DNA from: Cyanophyceae cyanobacterium | GTDB taxonomy: Bacteria > Cyanobacteriota > Cyanobacteriia > Cyanobacteriales > Laspinemataceae | DNA: 43,141 bases | Direction of reading: 5' to 3' | NCBI GenBank assembly: GCA_038321985.1 | Contig: JBBQFN010000041.1 | Location: 1-43,141 of the forward strand | In this document: positions 29,122 to 39,344 of the stretch, piece after piece | Layout: each line of letters starts with the position of its first letter | Numbering within the stretch: position 1 is the first letter of the stretch | Program-made: the position numbers and the translations under genes | The notes under the pieces: model-generated | The model's database searches: none | Seen by the model: the letters and a program-made list of their open reading frames with translations, nothing else | What the model was told of the DNA's origin: nothing

Positions 29122-29727
29122 TTAGTCAATGATGGCATTCATCAAAACTTCCGTCAAACTCATGTCTTCCATGTCATCCATCGTTAAGGTATCAACGATA
29201 TCAAACTTAGCACCGGCATTGATTAGATCATCATCTAGCGCCTTAAGAAACTGGGTCGCTGTGCGATCGTTCCCGATTTGAATGAAAGAGATAGCAAGTT
29301 CTTCATCTTGATCAATCCGGCGAGAGGCTTCGATGATCACTTTCATCACTGCTTTGCGATCGTCCGGTTCGCCATCAGTGATGACTAAAATAGTTTCGCC
29401 ATTCACTTGGGTTTGACCCGCCGATTTTCGTTTAAAGTAATGATTGAGCGCATCCTGTAAAACTCCCCCTAAGTCCGTCCGACCCGCCGGCTCGTTTTCT
29501 TTGAAAATCTGCTCGACTTTAGCGGCAGTCACGTTATCGTAGCGCTTAAACCGGCCTGAAAAAACGTAAACGGTGATGCCATCGGGGTCTAGTTCTTCGC
29601 ATTTTCGGGCTAATGCTAGGGTAGACTCTTGTGCTTCTTGCCATCGGGTTCGACCACCCCGTTGATCGGGGGTGGACATACTGCCACTTTTGTCAATAAT
29701 GAGTGTATAGTCGCGGTTATCTAGCAT
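29122..29727 (-). CDS. vWA domain protein, paralogue 1
   Basis: DKSGS, GRTDL, ITDGEPDD. Confidence 0.9.
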   Translation of the reverse strand: MLDNRDYTLIIDKSGSMSTPDQRGGRTRWQEAQESTLALARKCEELDPDGITVYVFSGRFKRYDNVTAAKVEQIFKENEPAGRTDLGGVLQDALNHYFKRKSAGQTQVNGETILVITDGEPDDRKAVMKVIIEASRRIDQDEELAISFIQIGNDRTATQFLKALDDDLINAGAKFDIVDTLTMDDMEDMSLTEVLMNAIID

Positions 29728-29866
29728 CAGAGTAGCCCTATAATCTGTGCAAATTCATCATGAGTGGCCCTGGTGCCACCGTCTCAGTGATCCGAGGCGA
29801 TCGCGTCAGTCCCCTACTGTTGTAGCTTAACTCAAAGCCCTCAAAAGCGTGAAATAACCAGCCCTC

Positions 29867-29892
29867 AAAAAAAGACGCGATCGCTCGCGTCT
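29867..29892 (-). terminator. Terminator after ndhN
   Basis: Minus strand AGACGCGA-GCGA-TCGCGTCT followed by a T-tract. Confidence 0.75.
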
Positions 29893-29917
29893 CTTGTGAC
29901 CAGAATAATGAACGACT

Positions 29918-30382
29918 TTAGCTCGCACGAGCCGGAACTAACAGATCTTTAAGGGGATTCCAGGTCACTGTGCGATCGCCCCCCACTTCTACCGCCACCT
30001 TCACGCGGGGTTCAATCTTCGGCAATTCCGTCAAATAGGCTAACTCCTGATTAGAAAGAACCGTCCCATCAATCAGCCACAGCACTAATCCCTTAGATTT
30101 AGGGGGTAACTGCTCTAATTGCGAGGTGACGATCGGCGGCACAAAATAAGTTCGGATGTCTTTTTTGCCAACGTGCGCCGGACGAACACCATGCACCCCG
30201 GTTAAATAAGCAGCTAAGTCTCCCAATCCCCGGGCCGATAAATGCAGGGTCACATAACCGGCTGCTCTAACTCGCCGTTGATACCGGCCCTCGAACCCCC
30301 CTTCCAGCGGCACATACAGCGCCAATGACCCGTTTTGTTCTAAATCGCGAATGAATTTTTTTCCCGTGATAATCAGTGCCAT
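29918..30382 (-). CDS. ndhN: NAD(P)H-quinone oxidoreductase (NDH-1) subunit N
   Basis: MALIITG..FIRDLE..G.LA.Y.PLEGGFEGRYQRR.R, HGVRPAH.GK, KGLVLW; divergent from rplC as in other cyanobacteria. Confidence 0.96.
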   Translation of the reverse strand: MALIITGKKFIRDLEQNGSLALYVPLEGGFEGRYQRRVRAAGYVTLHLSARGLGDLAAYLTGVHGVRPAHVGKKDIRTYFVPPIVTSQLEQLPPKSKGLVLWLIDGTVLSNQELAYLTELPKIEPRVKVAVEVGGDRTVTWNPLKDLLVPARAS

Positions 30383-30671
30383 AATGATTTGCTCCTATAC
30401 TGTCTGATTGTTTATTGTTTGTCCTTGCGGCTCATGCCCCTCTCAAATCCCTCACCTCCCGATGGGCGATGTCCGGGCCATACTTTCTGGGGTTGCTGCA
30501 ATCAGGCTTTGCCAAGTATAGTTTAATCTCTGTGAGGGATTAGAATTAGAATAGATCTCTCGTGAGTCTTTGGTGATGAGTCCCTTGTCCCTTTGTCATT
30601 GATCCATGACCCCCGAAAAGGGACCCCGCCCCCAAAATAAAAATTTTATTCAATTTTTATTAAATTCGGAC

Positions 30672-30700
30672 TAGACAAGGTATTTAACATCGGGTATAGT
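30672..30700 (+). promoter_or_regulatory. Sigma70-type promoter of the rplC operon
   Basis: TAGACA-N17-TATAGT with AT-rich upstream element. Confidence 0.75.
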
Positions 30701-30706
30701 ATTAAA

Positions 30707-31176
30707 TTGTCGCTAAATTTAAGCCAAAGCTCTCAAATTGGAAACCCAGTGCGGCCCAAAAGCCGATTTTGCGCTATAGTGGTTAGTCCCGACCAACAGA
30801 GTGACAACTGCTCCTTAGCGGAAAGTTGAGAAAAGCTAAATTTAGTTGCGATCGCCCCCAGCTAGTCCGCAGTCCGAAACGATATCTGACCGGCTGGAGA
30901 GATCGAGTGCCTCGCAAAGATACTGAGCAAACTATTGCTTAAGTCTGTGCGGTAAAAGGCAACACAAACGAGCAAACGCTCACCCTAACGGACCAACTCA
31001 TCAAACTAGCCCGAAGGTAGTAAAGACTTCCTAGAAGCCTGACTGTCTCCTGCAAGCTGTTGGAGGCAACCTTTGGACTGGTTTGGCGCGGAAACCCGAT
31101 TCGGATCGAGTTCTTAATTGAACCTATTACGATCCGAGAAACTTGTAGTGCTTAAGTAAGGGGAGACCATAAACCC
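30707..31176 (+). ncRNA. Long structured 5' leader of rplC operon (candidate cis-regulatory RNA)
   Basis: Multiple nested helices visible by eye (see findings); no sense ORF of 60 aa or more in the ORF track. Confidence 0.65.
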
Positions 31177-31818
31177 GTGGCTGTCGGTATTCTGGGCACA
31201 AAACTCGGCATGACCCAAGTATTTGACGAAGAAGGGAGAGCAATTCCCGTCACCGTCGTCCAAGCTGGTCCATGCACCGTTACACAGATCAAGTCGAAAC
31301 AGACTGATGGCTACACAGCCATTCAGGTCGGATATGGCGAAACCACCACCAAGGCTATCAACAAGCCCGAACTGGGACACCTCGTCAAATCATCAGCGCC
31401 TCCGCTGCGTCACCTGCGCGAATATCGTTTAGATGACGTCAGCAGCTTTGAACTTGGACAGCAAATGACCGTAGAAGGGTTTGTTGCCAATCAGATTGTA
31501 GATGTGACCGGAATCACTATCGGTCGAGGGTTTGCCGGATATCAAAAACGGCATAACTTCAAACGCGGACCCATGTCCCACGGTTCAAAAAACCATAGAG
31601 CACCCGGTTCTACAGGTGCAGGGACTACTCCCGGGCGCGTATATCCAGGGAAGCGGATGGCCGGTCGTTTAGGCGGAACCCAAATCACGACTCGCAAATT
31701 GCAAGTTGTGCGAGTGGATACGGAAAAGAACCTACTGCTGATTAAAGGAGCGCTTCCGGGAAAACCGGGTGCATTGCTCAATATTAAGCCAGCTACTTAT
31801 GTAGGCCGTGCCAAATAG
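31177..31818 (+). CDS. rplC: 50S ribosomal protein L3
   Basis: [27 protein letters not shown] start. Confidence 0.98.
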   Translation: MAVGILGTKLGMTQVFDEEGRAIPVTVVQAGPCTVTQIKSKQTDGYTAIQVGYGETTTKAINKPELGHLVKSSAPPLRHLREYRLDDVSSFELGQQMTVEGFVANQIVDVTGITIGRGFAGYQKRHNFKRGPMSHGSKNHRAPGSTGAGTTPGRVYPGKRMAGRLGGTQITTRKLQVVRVDTEKNLLLIKGALPGKPGALLNIKPATYVGRAK

Positions 31819-31887
31819 CAAGATGAGGAAAGAATGAGTTCCCCATTCACCCCTCAAACATAGAGAAGGACACGGGAATAGAGAGAT

Positions 31888-32520
31888 ATGGTTAATTGTG
31901 TAGTCAGAAACTGGGAAGGCGAACAGGTTGCCGAAGCGACTCTTGATTTGCGGGTGGCTTCAGAAGAAAATGCCTCGCATATCGTTCATAGAGCAGTAAC
32001 TCGGCAACTGAGCCAGGCGCGTCAGGGAACGGCCTCGACCAAAACCCGCGCGGAAGTCCGAGGCGGGGGTAGAAAGCCCTGGCGACAAAAAGGCACAGGA
32101 CGAGCAAGGGCCGGTTCAATTCGATCGCCCTTATGGAGAGGCGGCGGCGTCATCTTTGGACCCAAACCCAGAGATTATGACGTAAAGATGAATCGGAAAG
32201 AGCGTAGACTCGCCCTGAGAACCGCTCTCATCAGCCGTAGCGAAGACCTGATCGTCGTCGAGGAATTTGCAGATAAACTGCCCCGTCCGAAGACCAAAGA
32301 CCTCCTCAGTGCGATCGCCCGGTGGGGTGTCGAGCCAGACTCGAAGGTATTGTTAATCGTTGACCAACGAGACGACAACGTTTATTTATCAGCACGCAAC
32401 GTAGAGAACATTAAACTGATTGCCGTCACCCAGTTAAATGTGTACGACCTGGTTGCCGCTGACAAAATCGTAACCACAGCAGCAGCACTCGCCAAAGTTC
32501 AGGAGGTCTACGGTGGCTGA
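31888..32520 (+). CDS. rplD: 50S ribosomal protein L4
   Basis: [33 protein letters not shown]. Confidence 0.98.
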   Translation: MVNCVVRNWEGEQVAEATLDLRVASEENASHIVHRAVTRQLSQARQGTASTKTRAEVRGGGRKPWRQKGTGRARAGSIRSPLWRGGGVIFGPKPRDYDVKMNRKERRLALRTALISRSEDLIVVEEFADKLPRPKTKDLLSAIARWGVEPDSKVLLIVDQRDDNVYLSARNVENIKLIAVTQLNVYDLVAADKIVTTAAALAKVQEVYGG

Positions 32521-32821
32521 AGATAATCTCAGAAAGCTGGCCGATTTGGTGCGGACCCCCATCGTCACCGAAAAAGCGACCCTGCTGATGGAGCAGAACA
32601 AATACGTCTTTGATGTGGATCCCAAATCCACCAAACCCCAAATCAAAGCGGCGATCGAACACCTATTTGAGGTCAAGGTAGTCAGCGTCAATACCATGCA
32701 CAGACCCCCGAAAAAGCGTAGAGTCGGGAAGTTTGTCGGGTATAAGCCTCATTACAAGAGAGCGATCGTTACCTTAGCTGAGGGTGATTCCCTGCAAAAC
32801 ATTTTCTTCCCAGAAGTGTAA
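32513..32821 (+). CDS. rplW: 50S ribosomal protein L23
   Basis: [32 protein letters not shown]. Confidence 0.98.
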   Translation: MAEDNLRKLADLVRTPIVTEKATLLMEQNKYVFDVDPKSTKPQIKAAIEHLFEVKVVSVNTMHRPPKKRRVGKFVGYKPHYKRAIVTLAEGDSLQNIFFPEV

Positions 32822-32929
32822 CTAATGCCTCAGTAAGAGTGGGCAGTTACAAAGCCTTCCCACTCACCCTCCTAGACGCGCATCTAGGATTCAATGGCAA
32901 ATCAAGCAGTGTTACCAAAACTTTAAATT

Positions 32930-33793
32930 ATGGGTATCCGTACTTATCGGCCCTACACACCTGGTACTCGCCAGTACAGTGTCTCCGAGTTTGACGAAAT
33001 CACCCGCGATACGCCCGAAAAATCCCTAACCCAATCCAAGCATCGTAAAAAAGGTCGGAATAATCGCGGCGTTATTACCTGCCGTCATCGCGGGGGCGGA
33101 CACAAACGCCTGTATCGGCAAATCGACTTTCGTCGTGATAAGCACAATATTCCGGCAAAAGTTGCTGAAATCGAATACGACCCTAACCGGAACGCCCGGA
33201 TCGCCCTCCTCTACTATCAGGATGGTGAAAAGCGGTACATCCTCCATCCTTTGGGATTACAAGTTGGCACCCTGATCGTATCCGGACCCGACTCGCCAAT
33301 CGAAGTAGGCAACGCCCTTCCCTTGGAAAAAATGCCCCTAGGTACCCTCGTTCATAACGTGGAAATGACCCCCGGTCGCGGCGGACAAGTCGTTCGTTCA
33401 GCCGGTTCAGGTGCTCAGGTGCAAGCTAAAGAAGGGGATTTCGTCACTCTGAAATTACCATCCGGTGAAGTTCGGATGTTCCGGAAACAGTGCTACGCCA
33501 CCATCGGCCAAGTCGGCAATATTGATGTTAGAAACATCAGCCTCGGTAAAGCTGGGCGTAAACGCTGGTCAGGTCGCCGTCCCGAAGTTAGAGGCAGCGT
33601 CATGAACCCCGTAGACCACCCACATGGTGGGGGTGAAGGACGAGCACCGATTGGTAGAAGTGGGCCAGTTTCACCTTGGGGTAAACCTGCTTTAGGTGGG
33701 AAGACCCGCAAGAAGAAAAAATTAAGTAACGCATTGATCGTCCGCAAGCGTCGGAAAACCTCCAAGCGCGGCAAAGGCGGTCGGCAGTCTTAA
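32930..33793 (+). CDS. rplB: 50S ribosomal protein L2
   Basis: [30 protein letters not shown]. Confidence 0.99.
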   Translation: MGIRTYRPYTPGTRQYSVSEFDEITRDTPEKSLTQSKHRKKGRNNRGVITCRHRGGGHKRLYRQIDFRRDKHNIPAKVAEIEYDPNRNARIALLYYQDGEKRYILHPLGLQVGTLIVSGPDSPIEVGNALPLEKMPLGTLVHNVEMTPGRGGQVVRSAGSGAQVQAKEGDFVTLKLPSGEVRMFRKQCYATIGQVGNIDVRNISLGKAGRKRWSGRRPEVRGSVMNPVDHPHGGGEGRAPIGRSGPVSPWGKPALGGKTRKKKKLSNALIVRKRRKTSKRGKGGRQS

Positions 33794-33913
33794 TTATCAA
33801 GACAAGAGAGTTGAGAATAAACGAATTAATACTTTATTCTTTAATTCTTCTGGGTTGATTTTTGGAACACTGATTTCACAGATTTTCACAGAAACTACAC
33901 AGAAAGCTGACTT

Positions 33914-34195
33914 ATGAGTCGTTCGCTGAAAAAAGGACCTTTTGTAGCCGATCATTTGCTGAGTAAAATCGAAGCAATGAATGCCAAAGGCGACAAACAG
34001 GTCATTAAAACTTGGTCCCGAGCTTCGACCATCATTCCTGATATGCTTGGTCACACGATCGCCGTCCATAACGGACGTCAGCACGTGCCGGTCTATATCA
34101 ACGAACAGATGATTGGACATAAATTAGGGGAATTTGCCCCAACTCGGACCTTCCGGGGACACGCCAAAGGCGATAAAAAAAGTCAACGGCGGTAG
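33914..34195 (+). CDS. rpsS: 30S ribosomal protein S19
   Basis: [28 protein letters not shown]. Confidence 0.99.
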   Translation: MSRSLKKGPFVADHLLSKIEAMNAKGDKQVIKTWSRASTIIPDMLGHTIAVHNGRQHVPVYINEQMIGHKLGEFAPTRTFRGHAKGDKKSQRR

Positions 34196-34214
34196 GGGCG
34201 CAATGTTTGCGCCC
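34192..34214 (+). repeat. GTAG REP/SDR-like element overlapping rpsS stop codon
   Basis: GTAG-GGGCGCAA-TGT-TTGCGCCC. Confidence 0.65.
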
Positions 34215-34259
34215 GCATCAATAGTTCGGAGTCTAATGTTAACGGTTCTTTGCTAACAA

Positions 34260-34301
34260 CAAAGGACAAGAAACAAATGACAAAGGACTTTGGACAACGG
34301 A
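34260..34301 (+). repeat. STRR-like heptamer tandem repeat (6 units)
   Basis: CAAAGGA CAAGAAA CAAATGA CAAAGGA CTTTGGA CAACGGA. Confidence 0.65.
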
Positions 34302-34309
34302 GAAACATA

Positions 34310-34672
34310 ATGGCTATTGATACCTCAACAGAAGTCAAAGCGATCGCGCGTTATATTCGGATGTCTCCGTACAAAGTACGGCGAGTCCTGGACCAAATTC
34401 GAGGTCGCTCCTATCGCGAAGCGCTGATCATCCTCGAATTCATGCCCTATCGTGCTTGCGAACCGATTCGTAAAGTTCTGCGATCGGCAGCAGCCAATGC
34501 AGAGCATAACGGCGGACTCGATCCAGCCACCTTATGGGTCTCTCAAGCTTACGCCGATGGTGGCCCGGTTCTCAAGCGATTCCGGCCCCGGGCGCAGGGA
34601 CGGGCTTACATGATCCGCAAGCCGACCTGTCACATCACCGTTGCCGTCGCTCCCGAGCTGGACAACGAATAG
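34310..34672 (+). CDS. rplV: 50S ribosomal protein L22
   Basis: Start moved to [33 protein letters not shown]. Confidence 0.98.
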   Translation: MAIDTSTEVKAIARYIRMSPYKVRRVLDQIRGRSYREALIILEFMPYRACEPIRKVLRSAAANAEHNGGLDPATLWVSQAYADGGPVLKRFRPRAQGRAYMIRKPTCHITVAVAPELDNE

Positions 34673-34760
34673 AACAGCAAACGTAAACAGCAAGTCAGCC
34701 TAAGTCTTGACTTTACGGTTTACGAGATACTGGTTAGTTTTTGTAGAGGACGCACAGAAC

Positions 34761-35495
34761 GTGGGACAGAAAATACACCCAACGGGTTTCCGGCTTGGTG
34801 TGACCAAAGAACACCGCTCCCGGTGGTTCGCCGATAGCAATCGCTACCCCGAACTATTAGAAGAAGACTACAAAATTCGCGCATACGTCCACAGCACCCT
34901 GAACAACGCGGGCATTTCCGACGTTCGGATCGAGCGCAAAGCCGATCAGATCGATTTGGAAGTCCGCACCGCCCGACCCGGCGTCGTCGTCGGTCGCGGT
35001 GGCAGTGGCATCGAGTCCTTGCGGACTGGATTGCAGGAAATGCTGGGCAGCAACCGCCAAATCCGCATCAATGTTGTGGAAGTGGCCCGCGTTGACGCCG
35101 ATGCGACGTTAATTGCCGAATACATTGCCAGCCAGTTAGAACGGCGGGTTTCCTTCCGTCGCGTCGTGCGGCAAGCCATTCAACGCGCCCAAAAAGCTGG
35201 CGTCGAAGGCATCAAGGTCCAAGTGAGCGGACGCCTCAACGGTGCAGAAATTGCTCGGACCGAGTGGACTCGGGAAGGGAGAGTTCCTCTGCATACCTTA
35301 CGCGCCGATATTGATTACTCCTACCGCACCGCCAGTACCATTTATGGGATTCTTGGCGTCAAAGTGTGGACCTTTAAGGGAGAAATCATTCCCGGACAAG
35401 AACTGGAGGTCACCGCAGCAGCGGGTGCAGGTCCTCGGCCCCGAGGCGGCAAGAAACGTCGCCAGCAATTTGAAGACCGCTCCAATGAAGGGTAA
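34761..35495 (+). CDS. rpsC: 30S ribosomal protein S3
   Basis: GTG start (M)[27 protein letters not shown] Shine-Dalgarno. Confidence 0.98.
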   Translation: MGQKIHPTGFRLGVTKEHRSRWFADSNRYPELLEEDYKIRAYVHSTLNNAGISDVRIERKADQIDLEVRTARPGVVVGRGGSGIESLRTGLQEMLGSNRQIRINVVEVARVDADATLIAEYIASQLERRVSFRRVVRQAIQRAQKAGVEGIKVQVSGRLNGAEIARTEWTREGRVPLHTLRADIDYSYRTASTIYGILGVKVWTFKGEIIPGQELEVTAAAGAGPRPRGGKKRRQQFEDRSNEG

Positions 35496-35604
35496 GGCAT
35501 CAGCAATGGTAGGGAGCGAACGCTTTCAATGGTGGTAAGCCTAGCTATGCCGCACGCTATCGTCTCCCTTGCATTCTCCATGAACCATTACCGATTACCA
35601 AATC

Positions 35605-36018
35605 ATGTTAAGTCCTAGAAGAACGAAATTTCGCAAGCAACAGCGCGGGCGGATGCGAGGACTGGCGACTCGGGGTAATGAAATTAACTTCGGTGAATTC
35701 GCCCTCCAAGCCTTAGAACCTTGTTGGATTACCTCCCGCCAAATCGAAGCCAGCCGTCGTGCCATGACCCGGTATATCCGTCGGGGTGGCAAGATCTGGA
35801 TTCGCATCTTCCCAGACAAACCCGTGACCATGCGTCCGGCAGAAACCCGGATGGGTTCCGGTAAGGGGTCTCCCGAATTTTGGGTGGCTGTGGTCAAACC
35901 CGGTCGCATTATGTTTGAAATTGGTGGCGTTCCTGAAGCAACCGCCCGGGAAGCTATGCGGTTGGCAGATTACAAGCTACCGATTAAAACCAAGTTCATT
36001 TCGCGAGAAGGGGAGTAA
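35605..36018 (+). CDS. rplP: 50S ribosomal protein L16
   Basis: [25 protein letters not shown]. Confidence 0.99.
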   Translation: MLSPRRTKFRKQQRGRMRGLATRGNEINFGEFALQALEPCWITSRQIEASRRAMTRYIRRGGKIWIRIFPDKPVTMRPAETRMGSGKGSPEFWVAVVKPGRIMFEIGGVPEATAREAMRLADYKLPIKTKFISREGE

Positions 36019-36022
36019 GATT

Positions 36023-36244
36023 ATGGCTTTTCCCAAAATGGCAGACATCGCCAACTTGAGCGATGAAGAAGTCAACGAGCAAATTTTGAGCCTAAAGCGG
36101 GAATTATTTACGCTCAGATTGCAAAAAGCTACGCGCCGGTTGGAAAAGACCCACCTGTTCAAGCACAAGAGACACCAACTGTCTCAGTTGCTAACACTGG
36201 AAGGCGCACGCAAACGGGCTAACGCCGAATCCACCGCCGAATAA
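36023..36244 (+). CDS. rpmC: 50S ribosomal protein L29
   Basis: Start moved to MAFPK; LKRELF.LRLQKAT. Confidence 0.96.
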   Translation: MAFPKMADIANLSDEEVNEQILSLKRELFTLRLQKATRRLEKTHLFKHKRHQLSQLLTLEGARKRANAESTAE

Positions 36245-36257
36245 CAAACTAAGTGAC

Positions 36258-36509
36258 ATGGCAGTTAAAGAAAGAGTTGGTGTAGTCGTCAGCGACAAGA
36301 TGGATAAAACCGTCGTTGTGGCGATCGAAAATAGAAGCCCTCATCCCAAGTACGGCAAAATTGTCGTCAAAACCAAGCGCTACAAAGCGCATGATCAGGA
36401 AAATCAATGCAAAGAGGGCGATCGCGTCCGCATCCAGGAAACACGCCCCCTCAGTCGCACAAAACACTGGCAAGTGATTGAGATTATCAATAGTGCCGCC
36501 GAAATCTAA
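36258..36509 (+). CDS. rpsQ: 30S ribosomal protein S17
   Basis: [23 protein letters not shown]. Confidence 0.99.
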   Translation: MAVKERVGVVVSDKMDKTVVVAIENRSPHPKYGKIVVKTKRYKAHDQENQCKEGDRVRIQETRPLSRTKHWQVIEIINSAAEI

Positions 36510-36527
36510 GAACCAGGGAGACTGTAG

Positions 36528-36893
36528 GTGATTCAGCAAGAGTCGTATCTCAACGTTGCAGATAATAGCGGTGCTAAACGGTTAATGTGCATCCGCGTCC
36601 TTGGGGGTAACCGCCGCTATGCTGGGGTTGGTGACGTGATCATCGCCGTTGTCAAGGATGCTATTCCCAATATGCCGATTAAAAAATCCGATGTCGTGCG
36701 AGCCGTTGTGGTTCGCACCCGCAAAGGATTACGTCGCGATAGTGGAATGAGCATTCGCTTTGATGACAATGCCGCCGTGATCGTTAACCCCGATGGCAAC
36801 CCCAAGGGAACCCGCGTTTTTGGCCCCGTTGCTCGCGAATTACGCGATAAAAATTACACCAAAATCGTATCCTTAGCGCCGGAGGTGCTCTAA
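36528..36893 (+). CDS. rplN: 50S ribosomal protein L14
   Basis: [25 protein letters not shown]. Confidence 0.99.
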   Translation: MIQQESYLNVADNSGAKRLMCIRVLGGNRRYAGVGDVIIAVVKDAIPNMPIKKSDVVRAVVVRTRKGLRRDSGMSIRFDDNAAVIVNPDGNPKGTRVFGPVARELRDKNYTKIVSLAPEVL

Positions 36894-37244
36894 ATGGCTA
36901 AACAAAGGAATACTCCCCCGATTCGCTATAAAATGCACGTCAAAACCGGCGATACCGTGCAAATTATAGCGGGCAAAGAAAAAGGAAAGGTCGGGGAAAT
37001 TGTTAAAACCTTTCCGATTAAGAGCCAAGTAATTGTCAAAGGCGTTAACGTGAAAACTAAGCACGTTAAACCCCAGCAAGAAGGTGAATCGGGTCGCATT
37101 GAGACTTTTGAATCTCCCATTCACAGCTCTAATGTCATGCTTTATTCTTCCAAGCAAAAAGTAGCAAGCCGCATTTGTTATACCTTTACCGAAGAAGGAC
37201 GCAAGGTGCGGATGCTCAAAAAAACCGGGGAAATTATTGATTAG
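36894..37244 (+). CDS. rplX: 50S ribosomal protein L24
   Basis: [26 protein letters not shown]. Confidence 0.98.
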   Translation: MAKQRNTPPIRYKMHVKTGDTVQIIAGKEKGKVGEIVKTFPIKSQVIVKGVNVKTKHVKPQQEGESGRIETFESPIHSSNVMLYSSKQKVASRICYTFTEEGRKVRMLKKTGEIID

Positions 37245-37348
37245 GAAAGGGACGAAGGGGAAGGGGTTCTTCCCAATCCCCACCGCTCTGTATCTTCCAT
37301 AGAAATAAGGAGTCCCTGACCAAGACCAGGGATAAGGATGTAAAACTC

Positions 37349-37894
37349 ATGACAAGTCAACTCAAAACGCGCTATCAAGCAACAATCGTCCCCAAACTGA
37401 TGGAGCAGTTTAAGTACCAAAATATCCATCAGGTACCCAAAGTGGCGAAAATCACCATCAACCGAGGCTTAGGGGAAGCATCTAGCAATGCGAAAGCTCT
37501 AGAATCATCCTTGACCGAAATCGCTACCATTGCGGGACAAAAACCCGTGGTAACCCGAGCGAAGAAGGCGATCGCCGGCTTTAAAATTCGTCAAGGAATG
37601 CCTGTGGGAATGATGGTCACCCTCCGGGGCGATCGGATGTACGCTTTCCTCGATCGCCTCATCAATTTAGCACTACCTCGGATTCGGGACTTTCGCGGCA
37701 TTAGTCCCAAAAGCTTTGACGGACGAGGCAATTACACCTTGGGCGTCAGAGAACAATTAATCTTCCCAGAAGTAGAGTACGACCGGATCGATCAAATTCG
37801 GGGTATGGACATATCCATCATCACGACGGCAACAACAGATGAAGAGGGCCGCGCCTTACTCAAAGAAATGGGAATGCCCTTCAAAGAAGGATAA
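37349..37894 (+). CDS. rplE: 50S ribosomal protein L5
   Basis: [29 protein letters not shown]. Confidence 0.99.
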   Translation: MTSQLKTRYQATIVPKLMEQFKYQNIHQVPKVAKITINRGLGEASSNAKALESSLTEIATIAGQKPVVTRAKKAIAGFKIRQGMPVGMMVTLRGDRMYAFLDRLINLALPRIRDFRGISPKSFDGRGNYTLGVREQLIFPEVEYDRIDQIRGMDISIITTATTDEEGRALLKEMGMPFKEG

Positions 37895-37919
37895 TTAACA
37901 GGGGAATAAGGAGCGAAAA

Positions 37920-38321
37920 ATGGCGGCTAACGACACGATTGCAGACATGCTAACACGCATACGCAATGCAAGCCTAGCACGGCACCAAAAAACAGAAGTT
38001 CTATCCACAAACATGACCCGTTCGATTGCCAAGGTTCTTCAAGAAGAAGGCTTTATTGGTGAATACGAAGAAGTCGGCGAAGGGGTCGATAAAAAACTGG
38101 CGATCGCCTTGAAATACAAGGGAAAAAATCGCCAACCCATTATCAAAGCCTTAAAGCGGGTTAGCAAGCCTGGATTGCGAGTCTATTCCAATCGGAAAGA
38201 ATTACCTCGCGTATTAGGCGGCATTGGAATTGCCATCATTTCCACTTCCTCGGGTATCATGACTGACCGAGACGCCCGTCATCAAGGTGTAGGCGGTGAA
38301 GTGCTTTGCTATGTCTGGTAG
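37920..38321 (+). CDS. rpsH: 30S ribosomal protein S8
   Basis: [30 protein letters not shown]. Confidence 0.99.
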   Translation: MAANDTIADMLTRIRNASLARHQKTEVLSTNMTRSIAKVLQEEGFIGEYEEVGEGVDKKLAIALKYKGKNRQPIIKALKRVSKPGLRVYSNRKELPRVLGGIGIAIISTSSGIMTDRDARHQGVGGEVLCYVW

Positions 38322-38438
38322 TTTGAGGTTTTTTCCGTGAACAGGTCAAGAATCAACCCCAAGGGTAAGGCGCAGCGCGCCCCCCTTCAACCCTGACCTC
38401 ACGGCTTAAATCTCGACAAGTAAAGAAAGAGGAAAACT

Positions 38439-38978
38439 ATGTCTCGTATTGGTAAACGCCCCATTAATATACCTGCCAAGGTAGTCATAACCATTGATGG
38501 GCAAAAGGTGTCAGTTAAGGGGCCAAAAGGCGAACTTTCCAGAGAATTACCCGCCGAAGTCCTCGTGGAACAAGAAGGCGAAACCATCCAAGTCACCCGG
38601 CGGGACGAATCTCGTGCCGCACGTCAGCGTCATGGATTGAGCCGCACCTTGGTCGCCAACATGGTTCAGGGCGTCTCGGAAGGATTTCAAAAACGACTCG
38701 AAATTCAAGGGGTGGGGTATCGTGCTCAAGTTCAAGGGCGCAACCTAATTCTCAACGTCGGGTATAGCAACCCCGTAGAAATTAACCCCCCCGAAGGCAT
38801 CTCGGTCGCCGTTGAGAACAACACCAACGTGATTGTCAGCGGCATCAACAAAGAAATCGTCGGTAATACCGCCGCTAAAATTAGGGACGTTCGTCCCCCC
38901 GAGCCCTATAAAGGTAAGGGCATTCGCTATGCAGGCGAACAAGTCAGACGCAAGGCAGGGAAGACAGGGAAGAAATAA
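38439..38978 (+). CDS. rplF: 50S ribosomal protein L6
   Basis: [21 protein letters not shown]. Confidence 0.99.
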   Translation: MSRIGKRPINIPAKVVITIDGQKVSVKGPKGELSRELPAEVLVEQEGETIQVTRRDESRAARQRHGLSRTLVANMVQGVSEGFQKRLEIQGVGYRAQVQGRNLILNVGYSNPVEINPPEGISVAVENNTNVIVSGINKEIVGNTAAKIRDVRPPEPYKGKGIRYAGEQVRRKAGKTGKK

Positions 38979-38981
38979 ACT

Positions 38982-39344
38982 ATGAAGCTGACTCGCAGTG
39001 AATCCATTGAACGCCGACATCGGCGCGTGCGACGTCGGGTCATCGGCACCCCAGAACGTCCTCGGTTATCTGTATTTCGCTCTCACCAGCATATTTATGC
39101 TCAAGTGATTGATGATACCCAACACCAAACCATAGCGGCTGCATCCACCCTCGATCCGGCATTGAAATCCGAATTAGAGACGGGAGCCACCTGTGACGCA
39201 TCGGCAAAAGTCGGAAAACTAATTGCAGATCGCGCCCGGGAAAAAGGCATTCAAAAAGTCGTTTTTGATCGCGGCGGCAACCTGTACCACGGTCGGGTCA
39301 AAGCCTTAGCAGAAGCGGCCCGTGAAGCGGGTTTAGAGTTCTAA
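38982..39344 (+). CDS. rplR: 50S ribosomal protein L18
   Basis: [29 protein letters not shown]. Confidence 0.99.
   Translation: MKLTRSESIERRHRRVRRRVIGTPERPRLSVFRSHQHIYAQVIDDTQHQTIAAASTLDPALKSELETGATCDASAKVGKLIADRAREKGIQKVVFDRGGNLYHGRVKALAEAAREAGLEF

Noticed and set aside
27675..29727. Repeated nucleotide blocks that could suggest a CRISPR array or DGR template/variable repeats
   Set aside because: They are conserved codons of three full paralogous genes; no spacer periodicity, no evident adenine-specific variation, no reverse transcriptase or cas genes
30707..31176. Leader as RNase P RNA, tmRNA, 6S RNA or group I/II intron
   Set aside because: No RNase P GAGGAAAGUCC motif, no tRNA-like ends or tag ORF, and no recognisable intron core motifs by eye
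34250..36022. N-terminal extensions on L22, S3 and L29 in the ORF track (also vWA-2 and the coiled-coil protein)
   Set aside because: Artefacts of longest-ORF calling; downstream starts match family N-termini
35509..38383. Weak GTAG-like hairpins at 35509-35526 and 38365-38383
   Set aside because: Too short and degenerate to call as REP copies without a genome-wide model
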